A stretch of DNA of 64,000 bases, taken from the NCBI RefSeq assembly GCF_021028975.2, contig NC_059425.1, forward strand, positions 74,648,001-74,712,000, given 5' to 3'. The stretch's first letter is position 1; each line of letters starts with the position of its first letter. The notes beneath the pieces are model-generated. The model did not search any database, had not been told where the DNA came from, and worked only from the letters and a program-made list of their open reading frames with translations. Below are positions 60,540-64,000 of the stretch, one piece after another. The position numbers and the translations under genes are program-made. The stretch comes from Sphaerodactylus townsendi. Lineage: Eukaryota.

Positions 60540-61940
60540 ACTTACTTCAATCTGGAGTCAGGCCTGAGTTTGGGCAGAAAGGACCCTGCTCATCTTTACT
60601 GGCCTGGGGCAGTGTTTAGAGGAGCACATCCTTGTTGATTCTCCTGGACCTTTCTGCAGTGTTTTGTGACACTGATTTTTCTGCTTGTGATCCAGAATGC
60701 ATTTCAGCAAAATCCTTGTAGCAGAGACAAGCTATCTATGTGCAAGTCAAGGTGTAGATGAAGATTCTACACATTCCCCAAGATGACATCTCTGGTAGGA
60801 ACTATTAAGTCAAAATAATATTGCAGCTCTAGGGAAGGCTTTTAACAGGCACAGGTAACTGGGTACCGGTTTACTCAAGTTTCCTTACTATTAATTATTA
60901 CGCTTCCTCCCTTAGCACTTTGTCCATGACAGTTCAATACTACAGATTAGGGTATCGTTCTGAAGAGGCTGGTTAAGATGGGGGGTACTGTGCATCGGTA
61001 GTTCCACTCTTATTTGATTAAAGAACATGGTCCTAGGGGACTGCTTCTTGTTACTGTGGAATGTCCCAATGTCCTACTTGAAACTGATAGAAAAGGTAAG
61101 AGATTTGGAGTAAGGTGCCACCAGTATGTGGCTGACACCCAGCCGTACTTCACTTAAGATCTGTGTCTGTAAAAGTCCTGAGCAAGTGCCACGAGATGGT
61201 GATGGATAAAGGCTAATAAACTGAAGCTCAACCAAGACTGATGTGCTGTAGGTCAATGACAAAGCTGTTTGAGGACTGAGGAGTTGGCCTGGCCTGGAGG
61301 AAACCACAGTCCCCCAGAAAGAACAGGTCTGTAGCATGGGAATACTACTGGATCCTGACCTACATCTGGAGTTCCAGATCTCCTCTGTGGTATGGAGGGC
61401 CTTTTATTAGCTTTACCTAGTATACCAGCTGTGCCTGTTGCTCAGGAAAGTGTGGTCTGACCACAGTCAGCTATACTCTGATTACATCCAGCTTGGATTA
61501 CTGTAATGTAGATACCTTTGAATACACTCTGGAAACTTCAGGTCATCTAAAATGCAGCAGCCGTACTACTGTCATGGGCAGGATACAGGACCCATTTGGC
61601 TCCCATTTGTTTCCAGGTACAATTCAATGTGCTGGTTCTTACTGTGAAAGTCCCTTCGGGGGAGGGCAGGATATAAATGGAATAAACTAAACTAAATTAG
61701 TAGGAGCCAAGGTACCTGAAGGCCTGCCTCATCTCATATTGTCCAACCAACCAGTTAAGATCAGCCTCACAATCACTGCTGTCTGCACCCATATCTCCAA
61801 AGGTGAGATGGATGGTAACAAGAACCATGGCTTTATCAGTGGTAGCACCTTGCGGATTGAATGCCTTCCTCCTTAAGGCTCACTTGGTACCTACATTGCT
61901 TTCTTTTAGATGCCAGGCCAAAAGATTTATGTTCATCCAG
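60540..61940 (+). mobile_element. Second, fragmented L2-type LINE
   Basis: LILLDLSAVF-like at ~60630, RFGVRCHQYVADTQ at ~61100, LDYCN at ~61495. Confidence 0.65.
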
Positions 61941-62818
61941 ACCCAAAGAGGTTGATTTTTTAACACTTTAGTCTGAAAGCTTATTTTACACTCTTAGTGG
62001 TATGGTTTTGTATATTCTTATAACCTATGTTTTTATGATGGGCTCAGTTTTTAATTTATTTTAATATTTCATATATTTTAATACTTGGTTTTTAAAATTA
62101 TTTTTATTTTGCAAGGCACCCCAGGCTGGTGGCATTAAAACATTATAAATAAATACAAAGAACATTCAGAATCTAATTGGAGGACAGGAGAATAGACAAT
62201 ACATCTTCATAGCACAAGCTGGACAATTTCATCTTTAAGTTTCCCCAATATTATTTATTTACTTCATATTTAGGCCATCTTTTTCTTGGGGCTTGTGGTA
62301 GATTGCAAAAGGGAAAACACCAATCATATCTCCCCAGAAACAGTAGGACTAGGATTACAAAACTAGAAAACAATACAAACAAAAGCTGCCTAAAGTCACA
62401 AAAACTGCCCAATGCTTTATATTGAAATCTCATAAAATACAAAGTCAGCACAAAAAGGCTCTATCCAAATTCCTTACCTGTTACATAAATATATTCTCTT
62501 CAGACAGTTCCTCCCACCCAACCCCAGAAATGACATTTAAACTCATACCTTACCACCTGCTGGCAGCCGGAGTGGGGGGGCAGGGGGGGGGGAATCTGGC
62601 AACCCTAACATGAATACCTTGGTAGAGCAACCCATCACTTCATTCTTCTATGTGCATAAACTAGGCCTGTTATTCATGACGGTGTCCGATTAGTTTGGAT
62701 GTGGAAAGGACACTTAGGCCAAAGCATGCCTGATACAAAAATGCTCTTCAGTGGTGTTGCCAAGGAGTGACAGGGTTTCAGCCTCGTCCGCCACCACCAC
62801 CACCCGCCCCCCAAATAC

Positions 62819-63259
62819 CTGGCGCGACGTCCTCAGGAGCTGCCTCTGGGAGAAGCAGGCGAACTGCTCATAAGGCAAAGGCAGCTGCTGTCTCTGGTAC
62901 AGGACGTGGTTCAGAAGCTCGCGAGTGAAATGAAAGCAGCCTTCGCGGGTTACCAAGCCAGGGAAATCCACGGACACCGAGAAGCCGCCGCCGCCGCCCG
63001 CCGTGGGAGCCAGAGGCGGGGGCGCCAACGCCACAGTCACGGCGACGGAGTTGGACTCCGGGGCTGATTCGGCCACGCAGGACAGATCGGCCGAAATAGG
63101 AGCGGAGAGGGCGGATGAGTGATCCGCCGGGCACGAGAGGTGACCCGCCTCCACCAGTAGACTCAGGCAGGGAGATGGGGGGCGAGAGGGGAAGTGCGCT
63201 GAGCCCAAGTTGTTTCCCTCGGTCTCATTTTCTCCCTCCTTTTCCCTCCGTGCGGCCAT
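62819..63259 (-). CDS. MAD2L1BP: MAD2L1BP first coding exon as read through (326 aa total; 5' structure uncertain)
   Basis: aaaATGGcc at 63259; VDFPGLVTREGCFHFTRELLNHVLYQRQQLPLPYEQ; donor cag|gtattt, phase 0. Confidence 0.88.
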
Positions 63260-63420
63260 TTTCTGACTTTTCAAACTCGCTGTAATTTGAATGGCCGCCC
63301 ACCCAGAGCATCATGGGAACGTTTACTTGCACGTGAGTACCAGAAAGTGTGCCCGCGTGTCGCCATGTTTACTTAGGGCGGAAGTAACTGGTTTTTCTAC
63401 TTCTCTCGCCGATCCACTCA
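63260..63420 (-). promoter_or_regulatory. CpG-island promoter of MAD2L1BP
   Basis: CpG-rich 62780-63420; CHR-like TTTGAA at 63270-63275 (-) and 63286-63291 (+); ZNF143-like ttcccatgatgct at 63307-63319 (-); E-box 63330-63335; YY1-like cgccatgtt at 63361; ETS gcggaagt at 63378. Confidence 0.7.
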
Positions 63421-64000
63421 GAGAGAAGACTATTTCTTATCTTTGACCCAAAGTGGGACGTTCGCTGTCTTTATTCCTAATCTAGTCAAAATTATAGTTT
63501 GAAAAGGTTGTGCATTTGTATACTGCCTTACCCAAATAGGATTTACCTCGTCTAGGATGAGGTTGAAATTGGTTTCAAGTTCCAATTTCGCAGTTCCTAG
63601 TTCCTTTTTAGCCAATATATCCACAAATATTGATGATGCTTGAAAAGAGTTTCACCCCCAAAAAGGGATTTGGACCACCCCTTTTCAAACTAGGACTCTG
63701 TTGTTCAGGGTGACACGTGGATTCTGACACAAACCATGTTACATACAGTTGGGTTTTGCACAAACAACGAAAAACCAAAAGTAATAATCCAAAGGTTACC
63801 ACACTATGAAAATCCAGTACTCTATATTAAGTGGAAACATATAATTACAATTTATGGACGATATTATAAAATACAAAGTCCAGTCACGATGTGACAACAT
63901 AACAATATCCAACAAAAAGAGCCTATATTTTGGCACTCAGGGCTGTGTACAATATCATACTAAACTACAAATACCTTCACAGCAAAATATCCATAGCAAA

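Noticed and set aside
63430-64000. Short minus-strand ORFs upstream of MAD2L1BP as extra exons or GTPBP2
   Set aside because: No resemblance to either protein; AT-rich and probably repeat-derived.

Overview
Vertebrate genomic DNA. The repeat content points to a squamate, most likely a gecko (inference). There are two intact, convergent protein-coding genes. (1) A 9-exon microsomal epoxide hydrolase (EPHX1-like) gene on +, CDS 39005-55073, 477 aa by my exon assembly, with all catalytic motifs intact and a short first coding exon 6.8 kb upstream of exon 2. (2) MAD2L1BP/p31comet on -, 63259-57184, with a CpG-rich promoter. The left ~43 kb appears to hold a decayed multi-exon gene on -. Five exons (8513-1331) join with canonical GT-AG sites and consistent phases but carry in-frame stops. 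Further candidate exons show weak RGS22/RGSL1-like motifs and may extend antisense into EPHX1-like intron 1. The rest is a layered transposon record: a full-length L1 with a 12-bp TSD, Penelope elements with minimal hammerhead ribozymes (one nested in another), hAT and Harbinger MITEs with intact TSDs, a solo LTR, probable Helitron ends, SINEs, and L2/CR1/RTE fragments. I see no CRISPR, rRNA or true tRNA gene, and I cannot support a wholly new biological system. The best leads are the unidentified pseudogene, the EPHX1-like gene in a non-mammalian synteny, and possibly overlapping 3' UTRs. All family assignments are from motif recognition by eye; no searches were run.
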